Of a stretch of DNA of 64,000 bases, positions 18,051-25,744 are shown one piece after another. The translations under genes were made by a program, and so were the position numbers. The stretch is from Candidatus Hydrogenedens sp. (lineage in GTDB: Bacteria; Hydrogenedentota; Hydrogenedentia; Hydrogenedentales; JAEUWI01). Location of the stretch: positions 37,897 to 101,896 of the forward strand of contig WGMK01000022.1 in assembly GCA_016125095.1 (NCBI GenBank), read 5' to 3'. The notes beneath the pieces were generated by a model that made no database searches, was not told the DNA's origin, and saw only the letters and a list, made by a program, of their open reading frames with translations. The first letter of the stretch is position 1; every line of letters starts with the position of its first letter.

Positions 18051-19205
18051 TCAGCCCGCGCTGCGAAGGGCGCGCAGCAATCTCTCCTGCGCGTCGAAAT
18101 CGCCCCGCGTGGCGGCAGCGGCGATGGCGTCCACCTCGGGCGCTATCCGGGCGATGCCCTCGAAGAGTGGCTGCAGGGGATACGCGGTGTCGCGCAGGTG
18201 GTGCAGGGCCTTGAGTGTGCGGAAAGCGTCGAACCAGGCGTGGAATTGCGCGTGCCGTTGTCCTGTCGTTTTGGTTTGCGCGGCGATACCGGGCCAGTCG
18301 GTGTCGAAGCCCTGCGCGTCGAGGTAGGCGCGCAGCGGCTCCGGGGCGTGGGCCACAGTGAGATTTCCGCCCGACACGATGCGCGATTCCGCAGTCCGCA
18401 GCCAGGCGCCGATCACAGCATACGATTTCGGGGCATACGCGAGATAGTCGTCGCCGCTTCCGGTGAAATCGCCGAGGCTGCGGCCCGTGCCGAAGGGCAC
18501 CCGGCCTGACACGCGCGCGGCGGGTCGTACCACGACGCCGGGCGCGCGCTCGACAGGACCGCACTTGGCGAGCGCCTGCAGGAAATAGAAATCCTCGCCG
18601 GCCTGCTTGCGACGCATGCCGCCCGAGACGGCGTAGGCCTCGGCGGCGCAGGCCATCGCACTGCCCATCGCGGTGTAGGCATAGGGCGACCCGGTAGAGC
18701 GCAAGCCGCGTTCGCAGTAGCGCAGGTACAGTTCGTAGGCGAGTATCGCGGCGCGCAGGGGACCGTCGAGCGGGTGCGCGAAATTGAAGACCACGCCCCA
18801 GCGCGGTACGGCGAAAGCCGCGAGCACGCCCGACAGATAGTCCGCGTCCACACGCGTATCCGCATCGAGCCCGACGATGGGGGCCTGCGGCCGTCCCGCC
18901 TCGGCCAGCAGCGCCGCCGCGTGGTCCATGCCTATTTTCCGCGCCAGCCCGACGCCGTCCTTGCGGGGCAATACGGCCTCGCACCAGCTGAGTGCGAAGG
19001 GATCGCGCCGTGCCGCGAGGTGCGTCAGCGTTTCGCCAGTATTGGCTATCGTGCCCGCGTCGGCGTCTTCGCGATGATTCACCACCACGATGACCTGCGC
19101 GCGCGGGGCTTCGGGGCAGGCCGCGAGATCCTCCAGCGTATCGCAGATCCCCGGATACTCGGCCAGCGCCGGAATGACGACCGCCAGCTCCGGCTGCTTC
19201 GACAT
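18051..19205 (-). CDS. glycosyltransferase family 2-like protein
   Basis: Start MSKQPELAVVIPAL at 19205. GLDADTRVD (DxD) and GEDFYFLQ motifs. The upstream 242 aa of the 626-aa ORF are Arg-rich overlap of miaA and were rejected. Confidence 0.7.
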   Translation of the reverse strand: MSKQPELAVVIPALAEYPGICDTLEDLAACPEAPRAQVIVVVNHREDADAGTIANTGETLTHLAARRDPFALSWCEAVLPRKDGVGLARKIGMDHAAALLAEAGRPQAPIVGLDADTRVDADYLSGVLAAFAVPRWGVVFNFAHPLDGPLRAAILAYELYLRYCERGLRSTGSPYAYTAMGSAMACAAEAYAVSGGMRRKQAGEDFYFLQALAKCGPVERAPGVVVRPAARVSGRVPFGTGRSLGDFTGSGDDYLAYAPKSYAVIGAWLRTAESRIVSGGNLTVAHAPEPLRAYLDAQGFDTDWPGIAAQTKTTGQRHAQFHAWFDAFRTLKALHHLRDTAYPLQPLFEGIARIAPEVDAIAAAATRGDFDAQERLLRALRSAG

Positions 19206-19273
19206 CGTCCCTTGCAGCGGCCATCGGTCCAGCGTGTCTCGGTGCCGCGCGAGATACTTCGCAATCCGGATAC

Positions 19274-20188
19274 TCACGACAGCGTCCGCAGTATCGCCAG
19301 CGCCGCGTCGAGCCGGGCCTCGGGCACCCAGTGGATTTCCGTGCCGTTGCGTTCCATGCGCCGGAACCAGGTGTCCTGACGCTTGGCGAATTGCGCGATA
19401 GCCGCATTCAACTTCTGGAAGAGGTCGTTGCGGTTCTTCAGATCGCCGCGGAGATAGGCCGCGACGAAGCGGTATTCCAGCCCCAGCAGATCGAGCCGTT
19501 CCCACGGCACGCCGCGCGCGTGCAAGGCCTCGACTTCTTCGATCATCCCAACATTCAGCCGCTCCTGCAGGCGCGCCGCGATGCGCTTCCGCAATTCTTC
19601 GCGCGGCCAGAGGGCGCCCAACACGACGGCCCGGATGGGCGGTCCCGGCTCCGGCGGATGCTCGTGCTCGTGCGTAGTGATTTCGATCGCGCGGATCGTC
19701 CGCGCCCGGTCGAGCGTGTCGGTGGTGTTGTGCTGCTCCGGTTTCAGGGTTTGTAGTTCCGCCGCCAGCGCGGCATCGTCCAGCGCATCCAGCCGGGCGC
19801 GCAGGGCGACGTCTTCCGGCACTTCGGCCATTCGGTAGCCGCGCAGCACCGCGTCGAGGTAGAGCCCCGTGCCGCCAGTAATGATGGGCAGGCTGCCCCG
19901 CGCGGTCACGTCTTCCCACGCGGCAAAGCAATCGCGCTGAAAGTGGAACACGCTGTATTCGGAATCGAGGTCTGCGATATCGATGAGGCGATAGGGCACC
20001 AGCGCACCGCCCTCGGCGTATTCCGACAAGTCCTTGCCCGAACCGATGTCGAGCCCGCGATACACCTGCCGGGAATCGGCCGAGAGAATCTCGCCGCCGA
20101 GCGTCCGCGCCAGCTGTACGGCCAGACGCGTCTTACCGGAAGCGGTCGGGCCGAGCACCACCAGGGTGTTGTGGCCGGCCGACGCCAT
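19274..20188 (-). CDS. miaA: tRNA dimethylallyltransferase
   Basis: VLGPTASGKTRLAVQLA P-loop and ADSRQVYRGLDIGSGK. ATGA overlap with the mtgA stop. Confidence 0.9.
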   Translation of the reverse strand: MASAGHNTLVVLGPTASGKTRLAVQLARTLGGEILSADSRQVYRGLDIGSGKDLSEYAEGGALVPYRLIDIADLDSEYSVFHFQRDCFAAWEDVTARGSLPIITGGTGLYLDAVLRGYRMAEVPEDVALRARLDALDDAALAAELQTLKPEQHNTTDTLDRARTIRAIEITTHEHEHPPEPGPPIRAVVLGALWPREELRKRIAARLQERLNVGMIEEVEALHARGVPWERLDLLGLEYRFVAAYLRGDLKNRNDLFQKLNAAIAQFAKRQDTWFRRMERNGTEIHWVPEARLDAALAILRTLS

Positions 20189-21303
20189 CAGCCCTTGTCC
20201 TTGTCCGCGTCTTTCCGCTCGTAGGCGGGGATGAAAGCCGTGCCGCCCAGGTTCTGCATCTGTTGCAGAATCCACGCCTGCTTGTTCAGCACCGTCTCGG
20301 AAGGGTCGGCGGGCGAGCGGTCCAGCGGATTGGGCAGGCACGCCGCCAGCAGCGCGCCCTCCTCCGGCGTCAGGTCGATCGCGGCCTTGTGAAAGTAGCG
20401 CTGCGCCGCCGCCTCGGCGCCGTACACACCTGGCCCGAACTCGGCCACGTTCGCGTAGATTTCCAGGATGCGCTGCTTACTCCAGCACACCTCTACCGCC
20501 AGCGTGAAGCACAGCTCGAGCCCCTTGCGCAGGTACGAGCGCGAGGGCCACAGGAAGACGTTCTTCGCGGTCTGCTGCGAAAGCGTGCTCGCGCCGCGCA
20601 GCTTGCCGCCGTCGCCCGCAGTTTCAATGGCGTTCTGCAGCTCGCCCACGTCGAGGCCCCAGTGGTCGAAGAACTTCTGGTCTTCCGCGGCGACGATGGC
20701 GAGCAGCAGGTTCGGGCTGATGTCCGCGCCGTCGCGCCACTCGTGCTCGATATGCCCCTCGCCCACGCCTTCCCAATAGCGGATGTACATGAGCGGCGTG
20801 CGGCCGGGATCCACATAAACCATCGACGCGACCCGCACCACGCAGAGCGACGCGAGGACCACGAGTGCCGTGGCGGTATTGCGGATCCAGTTGCGGATGC
20901 GCTCGGGCCAGGGCGGCTTGGGGCGCGGGACCTTGGGCTTGCGGGTGAATCGCAGTACCCGCTTAGCGGGCTGCGAAGGCTTTGGCGTGGCGGGCTTCGC
21001 GGCGGCAGGCTTAGCCTTGCGCACCGGCTTTGGCTTGGCAGGCTCGGGCGGCGGCGCGGCGGGTTCGACGGCGGGCTGCTTCGGTGCCGCTTTCTTCGGC
21101 GCCGCCTTGCGCTTGGCGGCCGGCTTCTTCTTCGCGGGGGCCTTCTTGGGCACCGCCTCGTCGGACTTCGGCGCGGCCTTCTTGCGCGGCGCCCGCTTGC
21201 GCGGCGCCTTCCCGGCATCACCCTCTGTCTTCGCCTTCGGCTTGCGCTTGGCGGGGGCGCGCTTCTTCTTCGGCGCGTCGTCCGTATCGGAAGAAGGACA
21301 CAT
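20188..21303 (-). CDS. mtgA: monofunctional peptidoglycan glycosyltransferase (GT51) with long Lys/Ala/Pro-rich N-terminal tail
   Basis: EDQKFFDHWGLD and GASTLSQQTAKN GT51 motifs. ~140 aa KAP-rich N-terminus, then a TM segment. Confidence 0.85.
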   Translation of the reverse strand: MCPSSDTDDAPKKKRAPAKRKPKAKTEGDAGKAPRKRAPRKKAAPKSDEAVPKKAPAKKKPAAKRKAAPKKAAPKQPAVEPAAPPPEPAKPKPVRKAKPAAAKPATPKPSQPAKRVLRFTRKPKVPRPKPPWPERIRNWIRNTATALVVLASLCVVRVASMVYVDPGRTPLMYIRYWEGVGEGHIEHEWRDGADISPNLLLAIVAAEDQKFFDHWGLDVGELQNAIETAGDGGKLRGASTLSQQTAKNVFLWPSRSYLRKGLELCFTLAVEVCWSKQRILEIYANVAEFGPGVYGAEAAAQRYFHKAAIDLTPEEGALLAACLPNPLDRSPADPSETVLNKQAWILQQMQNLGGTAFIPAYERKDADKDKG

Positions 21304-21317
21304 CGGCGCTCAGCCGC

Positions 21318-21821
21318 CTACCACTGGTAGAACCACTGCACCGGCCAGGCCGCGCAGTCCGCCGTACCGTAGAACCGGCCCGTGTCCGCATCAAGAATGA
21401 ACACGTGGTGGCCGCCCGGTTTCTCCTGGTAGCCCGCCCAATAACCGGTACCCTTTTCGGGACGGTGGTCGCTGAAGCGCGTCGCCTGATGCTGGAACCA
21501 CGCCAGCATGTCCTGGGCACGCGTGGGCCGGGCCTTCGGGTCCGCCGCGCAGCGCTCGGAAATCAGCGGCGAATCCAGCAGCTCGGTGTAGCCCGCGCGA
21601 ATGAACGCATCCGAGAGGAAATGCGCGCAGTTGTTCGATTCGCGGTTGTCCAGCACGCAGGTCTGCGTGTACATCCGCGCCGCCTTTTCGATGCTCGGTT
21701 CCACCGGCATCGCCGTGTGGAAACCTGCCGTCGTCACCTCGTTGTGGGTCGTCGCGCAACCCGTGGCCAGCAGGATTACAAAGCTGCAAAAGCGCAATAT
21801 GTGGGGGTGCATGCTCCGCAT
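21318..21821 (-). CDS. hypothetical lipoprotein, possible papain-like (Cys/His) amidase
   Basis: MRSMHPHILRFCSFVILLATGC lipobox. NNCAHFLSDAFIRAGY and GGHHVFILDAD resemble Cys-His-Asp amidase arrangements (weak inference). Confidence 0.6.
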   Translation of the reverse strand: MRSMHPHILRFCSFVILLATGCATTHNEVTTAGFHTAMPVEPSIEKAARMYTQTCVLDNRESNNCAHFLSDAFIRAGYTELLDSPLISERCAADPKARPTRAQDMLAWFQHQATRFSDHRPEKGTGYWAGYQEKPGGHHVFILDADTGRFYGTADCAAWPVQWFYQW

Positions 21822-21886
21822 GGGCACAGTATAGCAGGAAGTGCCGGAGACCGCATCCTGGAATTCCGATCCCTGGAGGGGCGGAT

Positions 21887-22507
21887 TTAGACCGCTGGGC
21901 CGGCCGGATCCGGAAGCGGCCGGAAGGAATACACCGCGTAGGCAGCGACCTCGCGGAACGTGGAATAGACATCGCGCCATTCGAAGTAGCGCGGGTGCGC
22001 GCCGTAGACCGTTTCGATGCCGAAGCGGCGGAACGCGAGGCGCGTGCGGGGCACGTGGAAATATTGCGAGACCGCGTAAGCGCTGTGTAGATCCCGCTCG
22101 CGAAGGATGCGGGCGGCATTGCGCGCGGTGGACCAGGTGTTTACTCCCTCGCTGTCGGCGATGACGCGGTCCGCCGGGATGCCGTGGTCCATCAAGTACG
22201 CCCGCATGACCGTCGCTTCGTCGAAGCCCTCGAGCCCTATGCCGCCGCTGACAATCACCAGCGGCACCATCCCTGACTCGTAAAGTTCGAGCGCACGATC
22301 CAGCCGGGCGCGCAGCCGGTCCGAAGGCTGCCCGTCCGCCTCGATGCGATTGCCCAGCACCACGGCGGCGTCGGCCTTGGCAGTATCGTCCCGCATGCCC
22401 GCCACGACGATGGCCAGCATGGCGAGCGCGTAGACCAAGATCGGAATCGCGATAGCCAGCAGGATCTTGCGCAGGACAAGGTTGTTCTTCCGCATATAGC
22501 TCTGCAT
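21887..22507 (-). CDS. YdcF/ElyC (DUF218) family protein
   Basis: N-terminal TM, VVLGNRIEADGQPSDRLRARLDRA and LVIVSGG pattern of DUF218. Confidence 0.8.
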   Translation of the reverse strand: MQSYMRKNNLVLRKILLAIAIPILVYALAMLAIVVAGMRDDTAKADAAVVLGNRIEADGQPSDRLRARLDRALELYESGMVPLVIVSGGIGLEGFDEATVMRAYLMDHGIPADRVIADSEGVNTWSTARNAARILRERDLHSAYAVSQYFHVPRTRLAFRRFGIETVYGAHPRYFEWRDVYSTFREVAAYAVYSFRPLPDPAGPAV

Positions 22508-22600
22508 TCCTCTGCCTCAAGATACGGAAACGGAATACGAAGTTCCCAATGGCGCGGCCCGCAGCTTGCGCGCGGCGGGGGCATGCCCTAAGCTACGGGC

Positions 22601-23602
22601 ATGAAACGCTATGGACTCGACGAGATTCTGGATATTCTGGTGGTGGGCGCCGGCCCGGCGGCGCTGGTGATTCTGCATGAGGCGGCGGCACAGGGCCTGC
22701 GGGCCGTGGCAATCGACCAGGGGCCGGTGTGCGGCGCGCTATTGCGGCACCCCACCTACATGAAATGGTTCAGCACCACGCAGAATCTCGAGCTGTGCGG
22801 ATTCCCGTTGTTGGCAAACGACAAGAACCCGACGCGCCGCGAATATCTGGCCTATTGCCGGGCGTTCGCGCGGTATTTCGATCTGAAGATCATCACCTAC
22901 CATACGGTGCAGCAGATCATTCCGCTCGATGGCTTGTTCCGCGTGCAGGCGGCGGATATCCACGGGCGCAGCTCGGTGTGGCGCGCTAAGCAAGTGGTGG
23001 CGGCCACGGGCTTCTACGACTCGCCCCGGCCGCTGGGCATTCCCGGCGAGCATTCGCCCAAGGTGTCGCACCGCTACACCGAGGCGCACGCCTATGCCGA
23101 CCACGACGTGATGGTTATCGGCGCGGGTTCCTCGGCGGCCGAGGTTGCGCTCGAACTTTGGCGCGAAGGCGCGCGCGTCACGGTGGTCATGCGCGGCAGC
23201 GTGTTCGACACGAAGTACTGGATCAAGCCCGACATCGAGAACCGCATCCGCGAAGGCTCCATTGCGTGTTACCGCGAGGCGGCCGTACTCGAGATCCTTC
23301 CTGATGACGTACGCGTGCGCACTTCGGAAGGCGCGGAGATTCTCGTGCCCAACGACTTCGTGCTCGCCATGACGGGCTACGAGCCGGATACCCGCCTGCT
23401 CGAGGCCGCCGGTGTGCGGGTCGATCCCGATACGAAAAAGCCCGCAATCGACGAGGCCTTCGAGACCAATGTGCCCGGCCTCTTTGTGGCTGGCACCCTC
23501 ACCGCGGGCGTCGATTCCAACGTCGTCTTCGTCGAAAACTCCCGCGAACACGCCCCCGTCATCGTCCGCCGCATCGCCGAGAAAACCGCCGCAAGGAATT
23601 AG
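22601..23602 (+). CDS. YpdA-family FAD/NAD(P)-dependent disulfide oxidoreductase
   Basis: ILVVGAGPAALV and VIGAGSSAAEVALEL dinucleotide motifs. Length and layout match the YpdA family. Confidence 0.8.
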   Translation: MKRYGLDEILDILVVGAGPAALVILHEAAAQGLRAVAIDQGPVCGALLRHPTYMKWFSTTQNLELCGFPLLANDKNPTRREYLAYCRAFARYFDLKIITYHTVQQIIPLDGLFRVQAADIHGRSSVWRAKQVVAATGFYDSPRPLGIPGEHSPKVSHRYTEAHAYADHDVMVIGAGSSAAEVALELWREGARVTVVMRGSVFDTKYWIKPDIENRIREGSIACYREAAVLEILPDDVRVRTSEGAEILVPNDFVLAMTGYEPDTRLLEAAGVRVDPDTKKPAIDEAFETNVPGLFVAGTLTAGVDSNVVFVENSREHAPVIVRRIAEKTAARN

Positions 23603-23612
23603 GGGCGGGGGC

Positions 23613-24026
23613 ATGGGACTTTGCAGCACAGCCTCAATCGCACCGCAAGAATTCAGAAAAGGAAAGAACTTGAATACCTTGCAGGAAAAGGGCTGGTTCG
23701 ATGCGCTGGATGCTGTCGAACCGCCATCGCAGGAGTATCTTGCGCATGCGCTCACGCTGCGCGTCGTGGCGTCGCTACGACACTACATGCGCGAACACAA
23801 ACTCACGCAGCGCGAGGTGGCTTCCCGCATGGGGGTAACCCAGGCGCAAGTGTCGAAATGGTTGAACTACGACAGCAACATGACGTTGCGGACGCTCGCG
23901 TGTTTTCTTGACGCGCTTGGGACGGATTGGCCCGAAATCGTGCTCGCACCGAAGACCAAGACCTCTGCACAACAGGCTGACCGGAAGACTCGATCACGTT
24001 CGAGTTCGCACGCGGTAACGCGCTGA
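23613..24026 (+). CDS. XRE-family helix-turn-helix protein
   Basis: HTH LTQREVASRMGVTQAQVSKWLN. Start uncertain (first in-frame ATG after the ypdA stop). Confidence 0.65.
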   Translation: MGLCSTASIAPQEFRKGKNLNTLQEKGWFDALDAVEPPSQEYLAHALTLRVVASLRHYMREHKLTQREVASRMGVTQAQVSKWLNYDSNMTLRTLACFLDALGTDWPEIVLAPKTKTSAQQADRKTRSRSSSHAVTR

Positions 24027-24033
24027 ACGTCGC

Positions 24034-25533
24034 CTACAGCATCCGCTTGAGGATCGGTTCCTCAATCTCCCGGTAGCTGTAGTCCGAGGCCTGAAGCAGG
24101 GCGAGGAACTGGGCGCGGGCCTCGGCAGTGGCGAACTCGAAGCCGATGAGCGCGCGGCCGATCTGTTCGCCGGTGTTGGTGTAGTTGAAGTAGCAGATGC
24201 TGGCGGTGTCGCGCATGGCGAGCAGGAAATCGCGCAGGGCGCCGGCGCGCTCGGGAAAGTCGAGCCGGATGAAATACGGCATGCGGAACTGCCCGGCGTT
24301 GTAATGGATGATGCGGAACTCGACGTCTTCCTGCGAGGTGACGTCCTCGTGCGGCACGTTGTACTCAGTGAGCCGTCGATCTAGGAGGGCGAGTTGCGGC
24401 GGCGATGCCTCGAAGCCGATCACCGGCCAGGCGGTGCTTTCGTCCACCTTGCCGTATTGCACCTCGATGATGTTCACGCCCTCGAGCAGCGTGTCGAGCA
24501 ATTGCAGCAGGCCGCCGGGGGTCTCGTGCATCTCGAAGCGGTAGTAGCGGCGGCGGTGCGCACCAATGGCCGCATGCCGCGCGATCCACGCCAGCTGGTC
24601 GAAGTCGACGTTGGCGCCGCAGAGCACGGCCACCACCTTGCAGCCCTTCAGCCGGTCGCGCTCCTTCATCATGCCGGCCACGCCCATGGCGCCCGAGGGC
24701 TCGGCGATCACGCGCCGCGATTCCCACAGCAGTTCGATGGCCGCGGCCACTTCCTCGTTGGTCACCGTGATGATGTCGTCGAGCAGCTCTGCGCAGAGGG
24801 GCATCGTGTGCTGGCCGGCCTTGCGCACCGCCGTACCGTCGCAGAACACGTCCACATGCTTGAGCTCAACGGGTTCACCCGCGGCGATGGCGGTTTTCAT
24901 GGAGGCCTGGTCGACCCCCTCGACGCCGACGATCCGGATGCCGGGGTAATAGGCCTTCAGCCAGCAGGCCACGGCCGCCGCCATGCCACCACCGCCGATC
25001 TGCAGGTAGGCCGCGTCGAAGGGGCCGTGGCCCGACATGACAATCTCGTCCGCCAAGGTGCCCTGCCCGCCCATCGTGCCGAAGTCGTCGTAGGCATGGA
25101 CGAAAGTGCGGCCGCTCTCGGCGGCATCGCGCAGGGCCTCGGCCGCGGCGTCGGAGTACGAATCGCCCACCAGCACTACCTCGGCGTGGTCTCCCCCATG
25201 CTTGGCCACCGCCGCCTGTTTCATGCGCGGGGTCGAGGTGGGCATGTAGATGCGGGCGTGCGACCCCAGTCGCGCTGCCGCCAGCGCCACGCCCTGGGCA
25301 TGATTACCGGCCGAGGCGCACACCACCCCGCGCGCGCGCTCCGCCTCGGTCAGCTGCGCCATGCGGTTGTAGGCGCCGCGCCATTTGTACGCGTAGATCG
25401 GGGACAGGTCCTCGCGCTTGAGGTACACCTCCGCCTCGATCGGCAGGTCGATACGCTCGAGCGGCGTGGGCTGGCCCACCGCATACACCCGGCTGCGGGC
25501 CATCAATATTTCGTCGAACAGGCGCTGTCGCAT
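24034..25533 (-). CDS. ilvA: biosynthetic threonine ammonia-lyase
   Basis: PLP-fold motif CASAGNHAQGVALAAARLG plus two C-terminal regulatory ACT-like repeats. 499 aa. Confidence 0.9.
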   Translation of the reverse strand: MRQRLFDEILMARSRVYAVGQPTPLERIDLPIEAEVYLKREDLSPIYAYKWRGAYNRMAQLTEAERARGVVCASAGNHAQGVALAAARLGSHARIYMPTSTPRMKQAAVAKHGGDHAEVVLVGDSYSDAAAEALRDAAESGRTFVHAYDDFGTMGGQGTLADEIVMSGHGPFDAAYLQIGGGGMAAAVACWLKAYYPGIRIVGVEGVDQASMKTAIAAGEPVELKHVDVFCDGTAVRKAGQHTMPLCAELLDDIITVTNEEVAAAIELLWESRRVIAEPSGAMGVAGMMKERDRLKGCKVVAVLCGANVDFDQLAWIARHAAIGAHRRRYYRFEMHETPGGLLQLLDTLLEGVNIIEVQYGKVDESTAWPVIGFEASPPQLALLDRRLTEYNVPHEDVTSQEDVEFRIIHYNAGQFRMPYFIRLDFPERAGALRDFLLAMRDTASICYFNYTNTGEQIGRALIGFEFATAEARAQFLALLQASDYSYREIEEPILKRML

Positions 25534-25632
25534 GGCTCATGTGCTCTCTAACCGGAAATTCCCTCCGGCAGTGTACGGTTTCCGCTTCACCTCAGCCACT
25601 TTTCGGGCGATCCGAAGTCCCGAAATGAGGCA

Positions 25633-25661
25633 TTGACGAAAATCGGTCAGAATGGTAGAGT
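25633..25661 (+). promoter_or_regulatory. sigma70-like promoter candidate
   Basis: TTGACG (25633-25638), 17-nt spacer, TAGAGT (25656-25661), about 85 nt upstream of the 25745 start. Confidence 0.35.
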
Positions 25662-25744
25662 TTAGCAGTTAGGGCATTTTCGTGTAGCAACCGTAGGCAG
25701 GGGCGTAGTTCATACGGCCTACCGGGTGTACAGGGGTCAGTTTT

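Noticed and set aside
21318-22520. 400-aa ORF spanning two genes
   Set aside because: Its N-terminal part overlaps, in another frame, the well-supported DUF218/YdcF gene (21887-22507). Only the C-terminal 167 aa, starting with a lipoprotein signal, is plausible.
25534-25632. Two small hairpins (CCGGA..TCCGG; TTCGGG..CCCGAA) upstream of ilvA as a possible attenuator or riboswitch
   Set aside because: The stems are short (5-6 bp), with no leader peptide rich in Ile/Thr/Val codons, no terminator-like U tract, and no motif I recognise. The evidence is insufficient.
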